Shown: positions 1 through 9,512, counted from the stretch's first letter. The stretch is DNA of 46,741 nt from Chloroflexota bacterium (GCA_025935655.1 JAICUV010000001.1:1-46741); one strand, 5' to 3'. Numbers and translations: made by a program. The notes: a model not told the origin generated them from the sequence alone.

Positions 1-8
1 ATCCCTGC

Positions 9-2792
9 CTACAGGTCGGGCAGGGCCTGGTGGTCGGTCTGTGCCGCGGCGAACAGGTCGCCGACCTCGGCCACGCGCTCGACGACGTTGCGGATCGTCC
101 AGCGGTCGGGGGCGAGCGTCGGATCGTCCAGCTCGTCCCAGTGGATCGGGGCGGAGACCGGGGCGCCGCGGCGTGGCCGGACCGCATACGGCGCGACGAG
201 CGTCTTGATCGCCGCGTTCTGCGTGTAGTCGAGCCGCGCCTTGCCGCCGCGGTCCGCCTTCGACCACTGCCAGCTCACGAGGTCCGGCACCGTGGCGCCG
301 ATCGCCCGGGACAGCGTCTCGACCCACGCGCTGGTCTCGGCGTACGAGTAGCGGCCCCGCTCGATCGGGATCCACGCCTGGATGCCGCGCGATCCGGTCG
401 TCTTGGGGTAGGCGCGGACGCCGAGGTGCTCGAGGGCGGTGCGATACAGCCGGGCGAGGACCAGCGTCTCGGCCCAGGTGGTCTTCGGTCCGGGGTCGAT
501 GTCGATGAGCGCGAAGGTCGGCTCCCAGGGCTCCTCGAGCGTGGACGTCCAGGCGTGGATCTCGAAGGCCGCCTGGTTGCCCAGCCAGCACAGGGTCGCC
601 GCGCGATCCGCCACGAGGTGGTCGTTGGGTGCGCGATCCTCGCGCTCGCGGAAGCCGGTCTCGTGCCAGATCGTGAGCCACCGCGGGGCGGTGGACGGGA
701 TGTCCTTCTGCCAGAAGCCCGGCGCGTCGGCGCCGTTCGGGAAGCGCTGGAGGTTGAGCGGCCGGTCCGCGAGGTGGGGCAGCATGGCGGGGGCGATCCG
801 GGCGAAGTAGCCGATGAGGTCGCGCTTGGTCACCGGCGCCTCGTCCACGCCGTCGCGCGGCGGGAACAGGACCTTGTCGAGGTTCGTGAGCTTGAGGTCC
901 TGGCCGCTGACGTGCCAGGTGCCCTCGCCCTTGAGCGCGGCGAGCGCGTCCAGCTCCGCGGGCGTGACGATCCACGAGGGATCGGCGGCGGGCGTCGTGG
1001 ACGCGGCAGGTGCGGAGGGTGCCTTCCGGGCGCGTTTCGCGGGCATGGCGTCCGATGGTGCCGCCTCGCGCATCGCGGCCGCAACCGGCGCGGCCGCCGG
1101 GAACGCGACGGCGGCCTCGCGTTCGGCCGCCGCAGGGTCCATCGCACGCTCGCGGACCACCTCGCGCGGGTCGCGGCCGGGGTCCAGTCCCTTGTACGCG
1201 GTCTGGCGCACGTGGCCGTCTCGTGTCCAGCCGCCGATCTCCGCGCGGATCACGAGCTCCGGCCGCACCCAGCGCACGCCGGCGAGGTCGCCGCCCCAGC
1301 GGCCGCGATAGTCGGGCGAGGGCGCGGGGTCGAACGGGGGCAGCTCGGTCTCGAGCGCGCCGAGGGCCGCCCGCAGCTCGGTGCGCGTCCGGGCCGTGAA
1401 CCCGGACCCGACCTTGCCAGCGAACCGGAGCCGCTCGTCCTCGTACACGCCGACCACGACCGCGCCCAGGTCCTTCGCGTTCCCCTCTCCCGGCGTCCAG
1501 CCGCCGACGACCAGTTCCTGCTCCGGCCGCGCCTTGATCTTGAGCCACGCGGGCGTCCGCCGGCCGGGGTCGTACCGGGAGCGCCGCTGCTTCGCGACGA
1601 CGCCCTCCAGCCGCTGTGCCTTCGCCGCCTCGAAGAAGGCCACGCCCTCGGTGTCGATGTGGGTGGCGTAGCGGACGCGGGCGTTCGGCCGCAGGACGAG
1701 CTCCAGGAGCTTCTTGCGCTGCTCCAGCGGGACGTCGAGCAGCGAGCGCCCGTCGAGGAACAGCAGGTCGAATGCCTGGTAGACGAGCGGGACGGGCGTC
1801 CCCGTGCGACCTGCGCTGATCCGCTCCTGGAGCAGGCTGAAGTCCGGCCGGCCATCGTCGTCGAGGGCGACGACCTCTCCGTCCACGATCGCCTCGCGGG
1901 CGTCGATCCACGACGGCGGCGTGAGCAGCCGCGGGAAGTACGTCTCCGCGTTGTTGCCGTTGCGGGTGAACAGGCTGACCTTGCCGTCGCGCAGGACCGC
2001 CTCCACGCGGTAGCCGTCCCACTTGACCTCGTACAGCCAGTCCTCGTCGCGGAAGGGCTTCGTGGCCGGGGTCGCCTTCATGGGCTCGATGTAGCGCGGC
2101 ATCGGCGCCTCGCGGGCACCCGCGAGGTCGATCTCCGCGCTGGCGGCGGGGGCGTCCGAGACCCAGATCGCCGGGGCGTTCGCCTTGACCTCGTCGTTCG
2201 TGCGGCCCGACTTCACGCTCTGCGGGAGGTCCTCGGCGTCCCAGCCCTTCGCCGCGTGCTCGTCGCGCTTGTGGAGCAGCAGCCACTGCTCGCCCTCGTC
2301 GTCCTCGAACGCGGTCCGGGGCGCCGACCCGGGGCGCCGGCTCGTGCGGACGATCGTGAACCGGCCCTTGATCTTCTCCCCGAAGGCGCGGAACTTGAGC
2401 TCGCCCTTGTCGATGGCGGCGGCCGGGTCCGGCGTCTCGTGCTCGGGCTCCCAGGTCCCCCAGTCCCACACGATGACGTCGCCGGCGCCGTACTGCTTGG
2501 CCGGGATCACGCCCTCGAAGTCGAAGTACTCGACCGGGTGGTCCTCCACGTGGACGGCCATGCGGCGGACGTCGGGGTCCAGGCTCGGGCCCTTGGGCAC
2601 CGCCCAGCTGACGAGGACGCCGTCGATCTCGAGCCGGAAGTCGTAGTGGAGCCGGGTGGCGCGGTGGCGCTGGATGACGAACCGGCGGCGCGACCCCAGC
2701 GGCGGCGCGCCCTCCCCTGCCCCGACCTCGCCCGGTGCCGGCTCGGGCGTCTTCCCGAAGTCGCGCTTGCGGCGGTATTCCTCCAGCGGCAT
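9..2792 (-). CDS. ligD: ATP-dependent DNA ligase D (NHEJ), three domains in the order phosphoesterase - ligase - primase/polymerase
   Basis: ORF 9..2960(-) trimmed to the in-frame ATG at 2792 (MPLEEYRRKRDFGKTPEP, typical LigD N-terminus). PE-domain motif RRFVIQRHRATRLHYDFRLE. Adenylation motif YEVKWDGYRVEA (KxDG). C-terminal polymerase domain (LDKVLFP..., GSRGIQAWIP). Ala/Pro-rich linker between ligase and polymerase. Confidence 0.9.
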   Translation of the reverse strand: MPLEEYRRKRDFGKTPEPAPGEVGAGEGAPPLGSRRRFVIQRHRATRLHYDFRLEIDGVLVSWAVPKGPSLDPDVRRMAVHVEDHPVEYFDFEGVIPAKQYGAGDVIVWDWGTWEPEHETPDPAAAIDKGELKFRAFGEKIKGRFTIVRTSRRPGSAPRTAFEDDEGEQWLLLHKRDEHAAKGWDAEDLPQSVKSGRTNDEVKANAPAIWVSDAPAASAEIDLAGAREAPMPRYIEPMKATPATKPFRDEDWLYEVKWDGYRVEAVLRDGKVSLFTRNGNNAETYFPRLLTPPSWIDAREAIVDGEVVALDDDGRPDFSLLQERISAGRTGTPVPLVYQAFDLLFLDGRSLLDVPLEQRKKLLELVLRPNARVRYATHIDTEGVAFFEAAKAQRLEGVVAKQRRSRYDPGRRTPAWLKIKARPEQELVVGGWTPGEGNAKDLGAVVVGVYEDERLRFAGKVGSGFTARTRTELRAALGALETELPPFDPAPSPDYRGRWGGDLAGVRWVRPELVIRAEIGGWTRDGHVRQTAYKGLDPGRDPREVVRERAMDPAAAEREAAVAFPAAAPVAAAMREAAPSDAMPAKRARKAPSAPAASTTPAADPSWIVTPAELDALAALKGEGTWHVSGQDLKLTNLDKVLFPPRDGVDEAPVTKRDLIGYFARIAPAMLPHLADRPLNLQRFPNGADAPGFWQKDIPSTAPRWLTIWHETGFREREDRAPNDHLVADRAATLCWLGNQAAFEIHAWTSTLEEPWEPTFALIDIDPGPKTTWAETLVLARLYRTALEHLGVRAYPKTTGSRGIQAWIPIERGRYSYAETSAWVETLSRAIGATVPDLVSWQWSKADRGGKARLDYTQNAAIKTLVAPYAVRPRRGAPVSAPIHWDELDDPTLAPDRWTIRNVVERVAEVGDLFAAAQTDHQALPDL

Positions 2793-2799
2793 GCGGGAG

Positions 2800-2807
2800 A
2801 GTATGCC
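2800..2807 (-). promoter_or_regulatory. putative -10 element (GGCATACT on coding strand) 7 nt upstream of the ligD ATG; leaderless-type promoter
   Basis: Coding strand reads GGCATACT-ctcccgc-ATG. No Shine-Dalgarno. The same octamer sits in the same position at two other genes (4074-4081, 13071-13078). Confidence 0.4.
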
Positions 2808-3137
2808 GGGCGCTTCAGCCGGTGCCTCCGCGGCAGGGCCCGGGTGCTGGGGGCGCTCGCACCAATCGTCGGCCCAGCCGGTGCCGGGTTGGCACGCCCC
2901 GCGTCCCGGTGCGACTCCCGGGCGGAGTCCACGGCCGGTTGGCGTCGCGATGCCGACCACCAGTCGGAAGTCGGCCGGCGAGGACGCCCCGGGGCACCCT
3001 TCTGCGTGCGCGTTCCCGACCCTGAGGCGGAATTCGGACCGCCAGGGCCCGCCGATTCCGACTCGTGGCCGGAACGGGCGGTGGATCGGACCCGGGGCAG
3101 GGTCGGAACGGTCAACAGGCTCGAGGTGCGTCGGCGG

Positions 3138-4067
3138 TCAGCCCGCGCGGAGCGCCTCGATGACCGGGGCGAACGCCCGGACGGACGCGACCGTGTTCGG
3201 GCGAAGCTGCACCTGGACGTGATCGCAGCCCAGCGACGTGTACCGGCGCAGTCCCGCCGCGATCGTCTCGGGCGACCCGGCGAACGGCCGCTCCCACGAC
3301 CCGAACGTGGCCGGATCGCCGTCGTCGACTGACGTCGCACCGGGCTCGACCATCGCCTCCGCGGAGCGCCGGATCGTGCCCGGGTTGCGGCCCGCCGCGG
3401 CCAGCGCCGCGTCCAGTGCCCCGAGCATCGGCACCAGCCCCTCCGGGGTACGCATCCCGGCGTTCCACTCGTCCGCGAGCTCGGCCGTCAGGCGCAGCAT
3501 CCTGGGCGCCGCCGCGCCGACCATGATCGGCAGCCCCCCGGGACGCGGACCCCGCGGCCGCACGAGCGCCCCGCGCGCGGACTCCACGCGGCCCACGTGG
3601 TCGGCGCGCCCGGTCCGGAGCATCGAGGCGATGATCCGCAGCCCATCCTCGAAGCGATCGAACCGGCGCTCCCACGGGAAGCCGTAGGCCGCGAACTCGG
3701 GCTCGTTCCAGCCCGCACCGAGACCCAGGATCACGCGCCCACCGGAGATCTCGTCGAGCGTCTCGGCCATCTTGGCCAGCAGCGCCGCGTTGCGATACGG
3801 GATCGCGGCCACGTACGTCCCCAGGCGGACGCGCGAGGTCGCCACGCCCAACGCGGCGAGCAGCGTCCAGGACTCCCAGGCCCCGCTCCAGCCGGCATCG
3901 GGATCGCCGAACCCGACGTGGTCGGAGACCCACACCGCGTCGAACCCGACCCGCTCCGCCTCGACGGCCATGGCCCGGATATCGGTCCAGCGTGGGGTCG
4001 CGCCGTCCATCGACCCCTCGACATACGGGAGGTTGAGCCCGATCGAGGGGGTGGCGCGGGTCTGCAT
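3138..4067 (-). CDS. LLM-class (luciferase-like) F420-dependent oxidoreductase
   Basis: ORF 3138..4268(-) trimmed to the ATG at 4067 (MQTRATPSIGLNLPYVEG...). Luciferase-like TIM-barrel signature stretches VGFDAVWVSDH, SGGRVILGLGAGWNEPEF, LPIMVGAAAPRMLRLTAELADEWN. Confidence 0.8.
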   Translation of the reverse strand: MQTRATPSIGLNLPYVEGSMDGATPRWTDIRAMAVEAERVGFDAVWVSDHVGFGDPDAGWSGAWESWTLLAALGVATSRVRLGTYVAAIPYRNAALLAKMAETLDEISGGRVILGLGAGWNEPEFAAYGFPWERRFDRFEDGLRIIASMLRTGRADHVGRVESARGALVRPRGPRPGGLPIMVGAAAPRMLRLTAELADEWNAGMRTPEGLVPMLGALDAALAAAGRNPGTIRRSAEAMVEPGATSVDDGDPATFGSWERPFAGSPETIAAGLRRYTSLGCDHVQVQLRPNTVASVRAFAPVIEALRAG

Positions 4068-4073
4068 GGGCCG

Positions 4074-4081
4074 AGTATGCC
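4074..4081 (-). promoter_or_regulatory. putative -10 element (GGCATACT) 6 nt upstream of the LLM oxidoreductase ATG; leaderless-type promoter
   Basis: Coding strand reads GGCATACT-cggccc-ATG. No Shine-Dalgarno. Confidence 0.4.
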
Positions 4082-4260
4082 GTCCACGGTCGGCGGCGAG
4101 CCACGAGACCCGTGACGCGGGCCCGACCGGCCCGACGCCGCCGGGTCCCTCGGTGGAGGCGGAGCGGGACGGACGACCCCTTGCAACGGCCGCGCGAGCC
4201 CCGATCCTTGGCCGCGGGTCAGCCGACCACGTCGAGTGCGTCCTGCCACGAGGATCGCCA

Positions 4261-4704
4261 GTGTTCACGCCGCTCTCCCCCGATCGCCGCGTCGAGCGGC
4301 CCGCCTACGCCTGGCTCGCGGTCGTCCTCGAGCTGTTCACCGCGTGCGGGGCGATCCCCGTCGGCCTGATGCTCCTCACCGATCCCTCGGGTGGCTCCGT
4401 CGGCTTCCCCAGGGGCTGGATCGAGGCCACGATCTTCGGCTCCTACCTGGTGCCGGGCATGTACCTGCTGGCGGTGAACGGGATCGGCATGCTCGTCCTG
4501 GCCGCGCTCACCGTCCAGCGCCACCGCTGGTCGCCGTGGCTCACGGGCGTCCTCGGGACTGGCCTCGTCATCTGGATCGGCGTCCAGCTCCTCGTCATGC
4601 CGGAGGTCTCGTTCCTCCAGGCGATGTTCGGGACGATCGGCCTGGTCCTGATGGGCGTGAGCGTCGCGTGGCTCCGCCGGATCGGCCAGCTCCGGCGCCG
4701 GTAG
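4261..4704 (+). CDS. small integral membrane protein (about 4 TM), unknown function
   Basis: The 3' part of ORF 3772..4704(+) has near-uniform GC at codon position 3 and hydrophobic helices (AWLAVVLELFTACGAIPVGLMLL, MYLLAVNGIGMLVLAAL, LTGVLGTGLVIWIGVQLLV, MFGTIGLVLMGVSVAWL). GTG at 4261 is preceded by GAGGA at about -11. The upstream part of the ORF is antisense to the LLM gene. Confidence 0.55.
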   Translation: MFTPLSPDRRVERPAYAWLAVVLELFTACGAIPVGLMLLTDPSGGSVGFPRGWIEATIFGSYLVPGMYLLAVNGIGMLVLAALTVQRHRWSPWLTGVLGTGLVIWIGVQLLVMPEVSFLQAMFGTIGLVLMGVSVAWLRRIGQLRRR

Positions 4705-4722
4705 CCGCCGCCACGCGAACCC

Positions 4723-5970
4723 TCAGCCGCCCGGCGTCCCCTCAGTCGCGGCACGACCCGGCCGCAGCCACTCGAACGCGCGCAGCGCCTGCCGGCGGCT
4801 GATCACCAGCACGACCCCCGTGAGCACGAGGTAGACGATCGTCAGCACCCCCCGCGTCTCGGGCAGGAGCATCTGGACGATGAACAGCCCGAACAGGGCG
4901 GCCGCGCCGACGAGCGACAGCCGGAGGTCAAGCAGCAGCGCGACGGCGAACAGCGACTGCGCCGCGGTCAGCAGGATCTCGTCCTGCTGCCGGCCGTCGA
5001 GCGGCAGCGCGGTCGGGGCACCGACGCCCAGCGAGTAGACGAGCGGCAGCATCGCGACGAGCAGCGTCCACTGGTTGATCTTGGAGCTCACGAGCGTCCC
5101 GAGGGCCGCGGTGGCCGCGCCACGCCACGCGAACAGCGCCACGACGACGAACTCGGGCGCCTCCGACGCGAGCGGCGCGAGCCACTGGACCAGCAGGAAC
5201 TCGTCGATGCCGAGGGCCGTGCCCGTCGCCACGAGCGAGGTGGCGAACGGCTTCGCGACGAGGAGGATCACCACGGCGGACACGATGGCCATCGCCGCGG
5301 TGAACGCCCGGCGCGGCCCGGTGCGCATCGACCCGATGAGCTTGGCCGGGCCCACGAGGTGCGGCGGCTCGGCGGGGAGCCGCGCCACGCGCCAGATGTA
5401 GAACACGAAGAAGCTCACCAGCACCGCGAAGTCGAGGAGCGAGATCTCGCCGCGGAACGGGATCGTGAACGCGTAGATCGTGACGCCAAGCAGCACGACG
5501 ATCTCCAGCCCGTGCTGCGAGTCCAGCGCCACCAGCGAGCGCCGGAAGCGGAGCCAGCCGATGGCAATGACCATCGGCCAGGCGATGCCGATGAGCAGCC
5601 GGTTGGCGCCCGTCATGTTGGCGACGGCATAGCCCGCGTACGCGGGGTCGGTCGCGGCGAGGTAGGCATACGTCGCGTCCACGACGTACTCCGGCAGGAT
5701 CGCGATCAGGGCGAGCAGCGCGAGCGCGAGGCCCTGGCTGAAGTCGAGCTGGACGACCTCCGCCGCCCACGACAGGACGAACGCGGCGCCCACGATCGCG
5801 ATGCCGTAGACGAGCGCCTTGACGGGATCCGCGACGGGGAGCCCGCCGAGGACGATCGCGACGCCGGGGAGCATGAGCGCGAACGCGAAGGCGACGAACA
5901 GCCAGCCGCGCGGGTTCGCGGGCGCGTCGTCGTGGAGGTCAGGGGTCAGGGGGACGGCCGTATCGGGCAT
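4723..5970 (-). CDS. polytopic membrane protein, Na+/Ca2+-exchanger (CaCA)-like cation antiporter
   Basis: 415 aa with about 10 TM helices. Two internally repeated acidic motifs resemble CaCA alpha-repeats (AILPEYVVDA and LASEAPEFVVVA). GAGGA lies upstream of the ATG at 5970. Confidence 0.55.
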   Translation of the reverse strand: MPDTAVPLTPDLHDDAPANPRGWLFVAFAFALMLPGVAIVLGGLPVADPVKALVYGIAIVGAAFVLSWAAEVVQLDFSQGLALALLALIAILPEYVVDATYAYLAATDPAYAGYAVANMTGANRLLIGIAWPMVIAIGWLRFRRSLVALDSQHGLEIVVLLGVTIYAFTIPFRGEISLLDFAVLVSFFVFYIWRVARLPAEPPHLVGPAKLIGSMRTGPRRAFTAAMAIVSAVVILLVAKPFATSLVATGTALGIDEFLLVQWLAPLASEAPEFVVVALFAWRGAATAALGTLVSSKINQWTLLVAMLPLVYSLGVGAPTALPLDGRQQDEILLTAAQSLFAVALLLDLRLSLVGAAALFGLFIVQMLLPETRGVLTIVYLVLTGVVLVISRRQALRAFEWLRPGRAATEGTPGG

Positions 5971-6038
5971 CGGGATCCTCGGGTGGGCGTCTCGGGGTTC
6001 TCGGTGTGCGGCTCGCCACCATCATCGCCGATCCCGTC

Positions 6039-6060
6039 AAAACGGGCCGCGGCGGCCCGT
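6039..6060 (-). terminator. putative intrinsic terminator downstream of ku
   Basis: Minus strand reads ACGGGCC-gccgc-GGCCCGT followed by TTTG (7-bp GC stem, 5-nt loop, short U tract), 67 nt after the ku stop. Confidence 0.5.
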
Positions 6061-6126
6061 CACCCATCTGCCTCCTCCCCACGGACACGTGGGCGCTGCT
6101 CGTGACGTGGTGCGGCGATGCTCCCG

Positions 6127-7089
6127 TCAGGAGGCCTTGCGGCGACGCGCCGGACGCGCCTCCTCGGCTCCCTCGTCCGCCTTGGCGGCCGCGGCCTTGC
6201 GGGTGGCGGACTTCGCGTCCGCGGCCTTGGACGCAGCGGCCTTCGCGGGACGCGACGCGCGCTCCTTCTTCGCCTCGGCGACCGAGACGGGCTCGGGCGA
6301 GCCGGCGGTCTTCTGGTCGGTGGCGGCCTTGACGCTCGCCTCGAGCAGCTTCATGAGGTCCACGATCTTGGTGGACTCGGCCGCCGGCTCCGGCGCGGCG
6401 ACCTCGACGCCCTCGACCTTCGCGTTGATCACGGACAGGAGCGCCTCGCGGTACTCGTCCTTGTAGCGGGCCGGGTCGAAGGTGTCGGTCATGGCCTCCA
6501 CGAGCTGCTCGGCCATCTTGCGCTCGGCGGGCTTGAAGTCGAACTCCTCGGCCGGCAGGTCCAGCTCCGTCGTCGACCGGATCTCGTCCGGCCAGTGGAG
6601 CGTGGTGAGGAGCATCGTGTCCTCGTACGGGTCGAGCGCGGCGAGCGCCTCCCTGTCCCGGATGACGACCTTGCAGATCGCCGTGAGCTCCTTGTCCTGG
6701 AGCACCTGGCGCAGGAGGTAGAACGCCTTGCGCCCGATCTTGTCCGGCTCGATGTAGTACGCCTGCTTGGTGAATTGCGCGTGCTGGCGGGTGGTCTCGT
6801 CGCGCGGCGCGAACTGCTCGATCTCCACGCTGCGCACGGTCTTGAGCGGGACCTTCTCGAGGTCCTCGTCCGTGATCACGACGTACTGGTCGGGCGCGTA
6901 CTCGTAGCCCTTGACCGTGTCGGCGCGCGAGATGACCTTCTCGTCCTCGGGGCACCAGACCTTCATCTGGATCCGCGAGAGGTCCGTCTCGTGGAGCATG
7001 TTGAACCGGATCGCGTAGTCGGACTCGGTCGCGGTGTAGAGCTTGATCGGGATGGTGACCAGCCCGAACTGGATGGCCCCTTTCCACAT
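6127..7089 (-). CDS. ku: Ku protein (NHEJ DNA end-binding) with Lys/Ala-rich C-terminal tail
   Basis: ORF 6127..7746(-) trimmed to the ATG at 7089 (MWKGAIQFGLVTIPIKLYTATE, canonical bacterial Ku start). Conserved core continues through ...YIEPDKIGRKAFYLLRQVL.... The upstream 219 codons of the ORF overlap the S8 gene and look non-coding. Confidence 0.92.
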   Translation of the reverse strand: MWKGAIQFGLVTIPIKLYTATESDYAIRFNMLHETDLSRIQMKVWCPEDEKVISRADTVKGYEYAPDQYVVITDEDLEKVPLKTVRSVEIEQFAPRDETTRQHAQFTKQAYYIEPDKIGRKAFYLLRQVLQDKELTAICKVVIRDREALAALDPYEDTMLLTTLHWPDEIRSTTELDLPAEEFDFKPAERKMAEQLVEAMTDTFDPARYKDEYREALLSVINAKVEGVEVAAPEPAAESTKIVDLMKLLEASVKAATDQKTAGSPEPVSVAEAKKERASRPAKAAASKAADAKSATRKAAAAKADEGAEEARPARRRKAS

Positions 7090-7198
7090 CGAGCGTGCCA
7101 CGGGTGTGCCTGTCGACCTCGCGTGGGCCGGTGTCCGCGACGGCTCCCGATGCCGTCCCGTCGACCGGGAGCGTGACTCTACCACTCGGCCGCAACCA

Positions 7199-7219
7199 CC
7201 CCGCCTGCGCGGGGCGGGG
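7199..7219 (-). terminator. GC-rich hairpin just downstream of the S8 protease stop (weak terminator candidate, no clear U tract)
   Basis: CCCCGC-ctgc-GCGGGG (alternatively CCCCGCC/GGCGGGG), 17-37 nt after the stop at 7236-7238. Confidence 0.3.
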
Positions 7220-7235
7220 GCCGGCTTGCGGTTTC

Positions 7236-9512
7236 CTAGCGGATGACGATGACGGCGTCCACGTCGACGCGCGGGTGGCCGTCCGTTCCCAGTACCACGA
7301 TCGAGATCGTGTGGGTACCGGACGCGGGCCATGTCTTCGCGTAGACGATCCGCCGGAAGCCGCGTTCGGCGGCGTGCAGGTTGACCGTCGCGACGCCGAC
7401 CCCGTCGATCAGCACCCGCGCCGAGCCGCGGGTCGGGCCGACGCCCGCGACCCACGCGACGCCCCGGCCGGTGAAGGTCCGGGTGATCCTCGCTCCCGAC
7501 GCCGTCGCCGACGCCGCGGTGTTGCGGGACCACGAGGTGTAGGACGACCGCTTCCAGGTCCCAGTGCGCTGGAGCAGGCTCGACGTGTCCTGGCTCACGA
7601 GCGCGCGGAAGTCCAGGGACGTGCGCCACGCGCCGGTGTTCCCCGCGACGTCGCGGGCACGGACCCGGAGGTCGTACGTGTGGCCGGTCCGGATCGTGCG
7701 GTCCAGGGTCCGCTGCGCGGCAGAGAGGGCGACGGCGGACGACCACGAGCCGCTGTCGACGCGCCAGCTCGCCTCGTACCGGGCGATGCCGCTGGTGGCG
7801 TCGGTCCCCGACCAGCTGCCGCGCCCCGTGAACGACGTGGTGTTGAACGTCGTCCTGGTCCGCGGCGCGAGCGTGGGCACGGCCACGACGGGCCTGTCAG
7901 AGTCCACCGCGAGGCGGATGACGGCGGTGCGCTTCCGCGTGCCGTCACCGGCGGTCAGGACGACCTTGTACGTGCCGGACGCGGTCTTCGCGGGAATGGT
8001 GATCGAGACGGTGGTCGCGAGCGTGCCGCCGGTGAAGGTGCCCGTCCCGAGCGCCGCGGTGACCGGCGCATCGGCCACGGCCGTGAGCGCGACGTCGCTC
8101 GTGAAGTCCTCCGCGCGGACGAGCTGGACCGGGATCGAGACGGTGCGGCCGGCGCCATTCGTCCAGGATGAGACCCTGCCGGCCTCGACGTTGAAGTCGC
8201 CGAGGGCCACGAGCCGCGAGGTGTCGAGCAGCCGGTCCGGGTGGCCGTCCGGGTCCGTGGAGGTGCGCCAATCGAGGGTGGCGGCGGCCTGGAGGGCGGC
8301 CTTGGCCTGGGCCGGCGTGCTGCCCGGTCGCGAGGACAGCCACAGGGCCGCGGCCCCGGTGACGTGCGGCGCCGCCATCGAGGTGCCGGAGGAGTAGCCA
8401 TAGCGGTTGCCCGGCAGCGTCGACCGGATGCACTTGCCAGGCGCGATCAGGTCCACGTCCGCGCCGTAGTTGCTGAAGTTGGCGTACGTGTCGTCCTCGT
8501 CGTACGAGCCCCAGGAGTAGCAGGCCTTGCCGCCGACGCCGCCGGGCAGCCCGTCCGTGTCGGCGAGCGCGGAGACCGTGATGACCTCGTTGTAGGAGGC
8601 CGGGATGAGGCGCGAGGCGTTGAAGCTGTTGTTGCCCGCGGCGGCGACGACCGTGACGCCCGACGCGACCAGCCGGCAGATCGCCTTGTGCATCGCATCC
8701 TTGTTCGTGTAGCCGCAGTTCCTGTCGTCCGAGCCCGGCTTCGCGACCGACATGTTCACGGCCTCGATGAGCGGTCGGGTCGGATCCACCGGGTCACGCT
8801 GCGCGGCGATCCAGTCCATGCCGCACACGTACCAGGACACGAGCCCCGACCCGTCGGAGCCGAGGATCCGCACGGCCCACAGGCGGACGCCCGGCGCGAC
8901 GCCGACGACGCCGATGCCGTTGTCCAGCGCGCCGACGGTGCCCGCGACATGCGTCCCGTGGCCGTTGCCGTCGCCCCACGCCGACCGGTTGCTCGAGCTG
9001 CAGTTGTAGCCGCCGACCACGTTCAGGTCCGGGTGGCTCCTGTCGATGCCGGTGTCGAAGATCGCGACATCCGCGTCCACGCGCTGGTCCGTGCCGTCGA
9101 TCCCGGCGGTCGTGTTGCGCGGCGCGTCCGCGCGCCGGACCCCGCTCGGGGTGGACTGGCCCACCGCCCGGACGATCCCGTCCTCGGCGACGTAGGCGAC
9201 GGCAGGGTCCGCCCTGGTCTCGGCCAGCTGCCGCGGCGACAGCTTCGCGGCGTAGCCCTTCAGCGCGGCCCTGTACGTCCGGTCGGCGGCGATCCCGCGG
9301 CCCTTCGCCCGCGCATTCGCGGCCCTCGTGTCCGCGTCGTCCTTGTACACGACGATGAACCGGCCCTTCGGGTCGGCCTTCGCGGACGGCTCGACGGTGC
9401 CCTCCCCGGTGACCGGGGGGCTCGCGGCCGCGCGCGCGGGCGTGACCGAGGCGACCGGCGACAGGGCGAGGGCGGCGAGCAGGGCGAGGGCGGCGGGCGC
9501 TGCGCGCGACAT
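7236..9512 (-). CDS. secreted multi-domain S8 (subtilisin-like) serine peptidase
   Basis: ATG at 9512 is preceded by GGGAG. Signal peptide MSRAAPAALALLAALALSPVASVTPARA. I9-like propeptide. Catalytic triad motifs AIFDTGID (Asp), GHGTHVAGTVG (His), SGTSMAAPHVTGAAAL (Ser), plus AAAGNN. About 330 aa of C-terminal beta-sandwich-like domains. Confidence 0.9.
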   Translation of the reverse strand: MSRAAPAALALLAALALSPVASVTPARAAASPPVTGEGTVEPSAKADPKGRFIVVYKDDADTRAANARAKGRGIAADRTYRAALKGYAAKLSPRQLAETRADPAVAYVAEDGIVRAVGQSTPSGVRRADAPRNTTAGIDGTDQRVDADVAIFDTGIDRSHPDLNVVGGYNCSSSNRSAWGDGNGHGTHVAGTVGALDNGIGVVGVAPGVRLWAVRILGSDGSGLVSWYVCGMDWIAAQRDPVDPTRPLIEAVNMSVAKPGSDDRNCGYTNKDAMHKAICRLVASGVTVVAAAGNNSFNASRLIPASYNEVITVSALADTDGLPGGVGGKACYSWGSYDEDDTYANFSNYGADVDLIAPGKCIRSTLPGNRYGYSSGTSMAAPHVTGAAALWLSSRPGSTPAQAKAALQAAATLDWRTSTDPDGHPDRLLDTSRLVALGDFNVEAGRVSSWTNGAGRTVSIPVQLVRAEDFTSDVALTAVADAPVTAALGTGTFTGGTLATTVSITIPAKTASGTYKVVLTAGDGTRKRTAVIRLAVDSDRPVVAVPTLAPRTRTTFNTTSFTGRGSWSGTDATSGIARYEASWRVDSGSWSSAVALSAAQRTLDRTIRTGHTYDLRVRARDVAGNTGAWRTSLDFRALVSQDTSSLLQRTGTWKRSSYTSWSRNTAASATASGARITRTFTGRGVAWVAGVGPTRGSARVLIDGVGVATVNLHAAERGFRRIVYAKTWPASGTHTISIVVLGTDGHPRVDVDAVIVIR

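Noticed and set aside
30-3332. 1100-aa plus-strand ORF antisense to ligD. Similar cases: 24143-27235(+), 39132-41936(-), 40697-43354(+), 8794-11520(-), 12210-14762(-)
   Set aside because: All are antisense or out-of-frame shadows of genes with clear family motifs. Their translations are low-complexity Arg/Gly/Asp/Pro strings without recognisable domains.
7090-7746. N-terminal 219-codon extension of the Ku ORF. Analogous upstream extensions occur on the ligD, LLM, flavodoxin, SBP, permease, GH65, pgm, msiK and CAP ORFs
   Set aside because: The extensions overlap neighbouring genes or promoter regions and are Arg/Pro-rich. Each is followed by an internal start that reproduces the canonical family N-terminus, often with an RBS or a -10 box at the correct distance.
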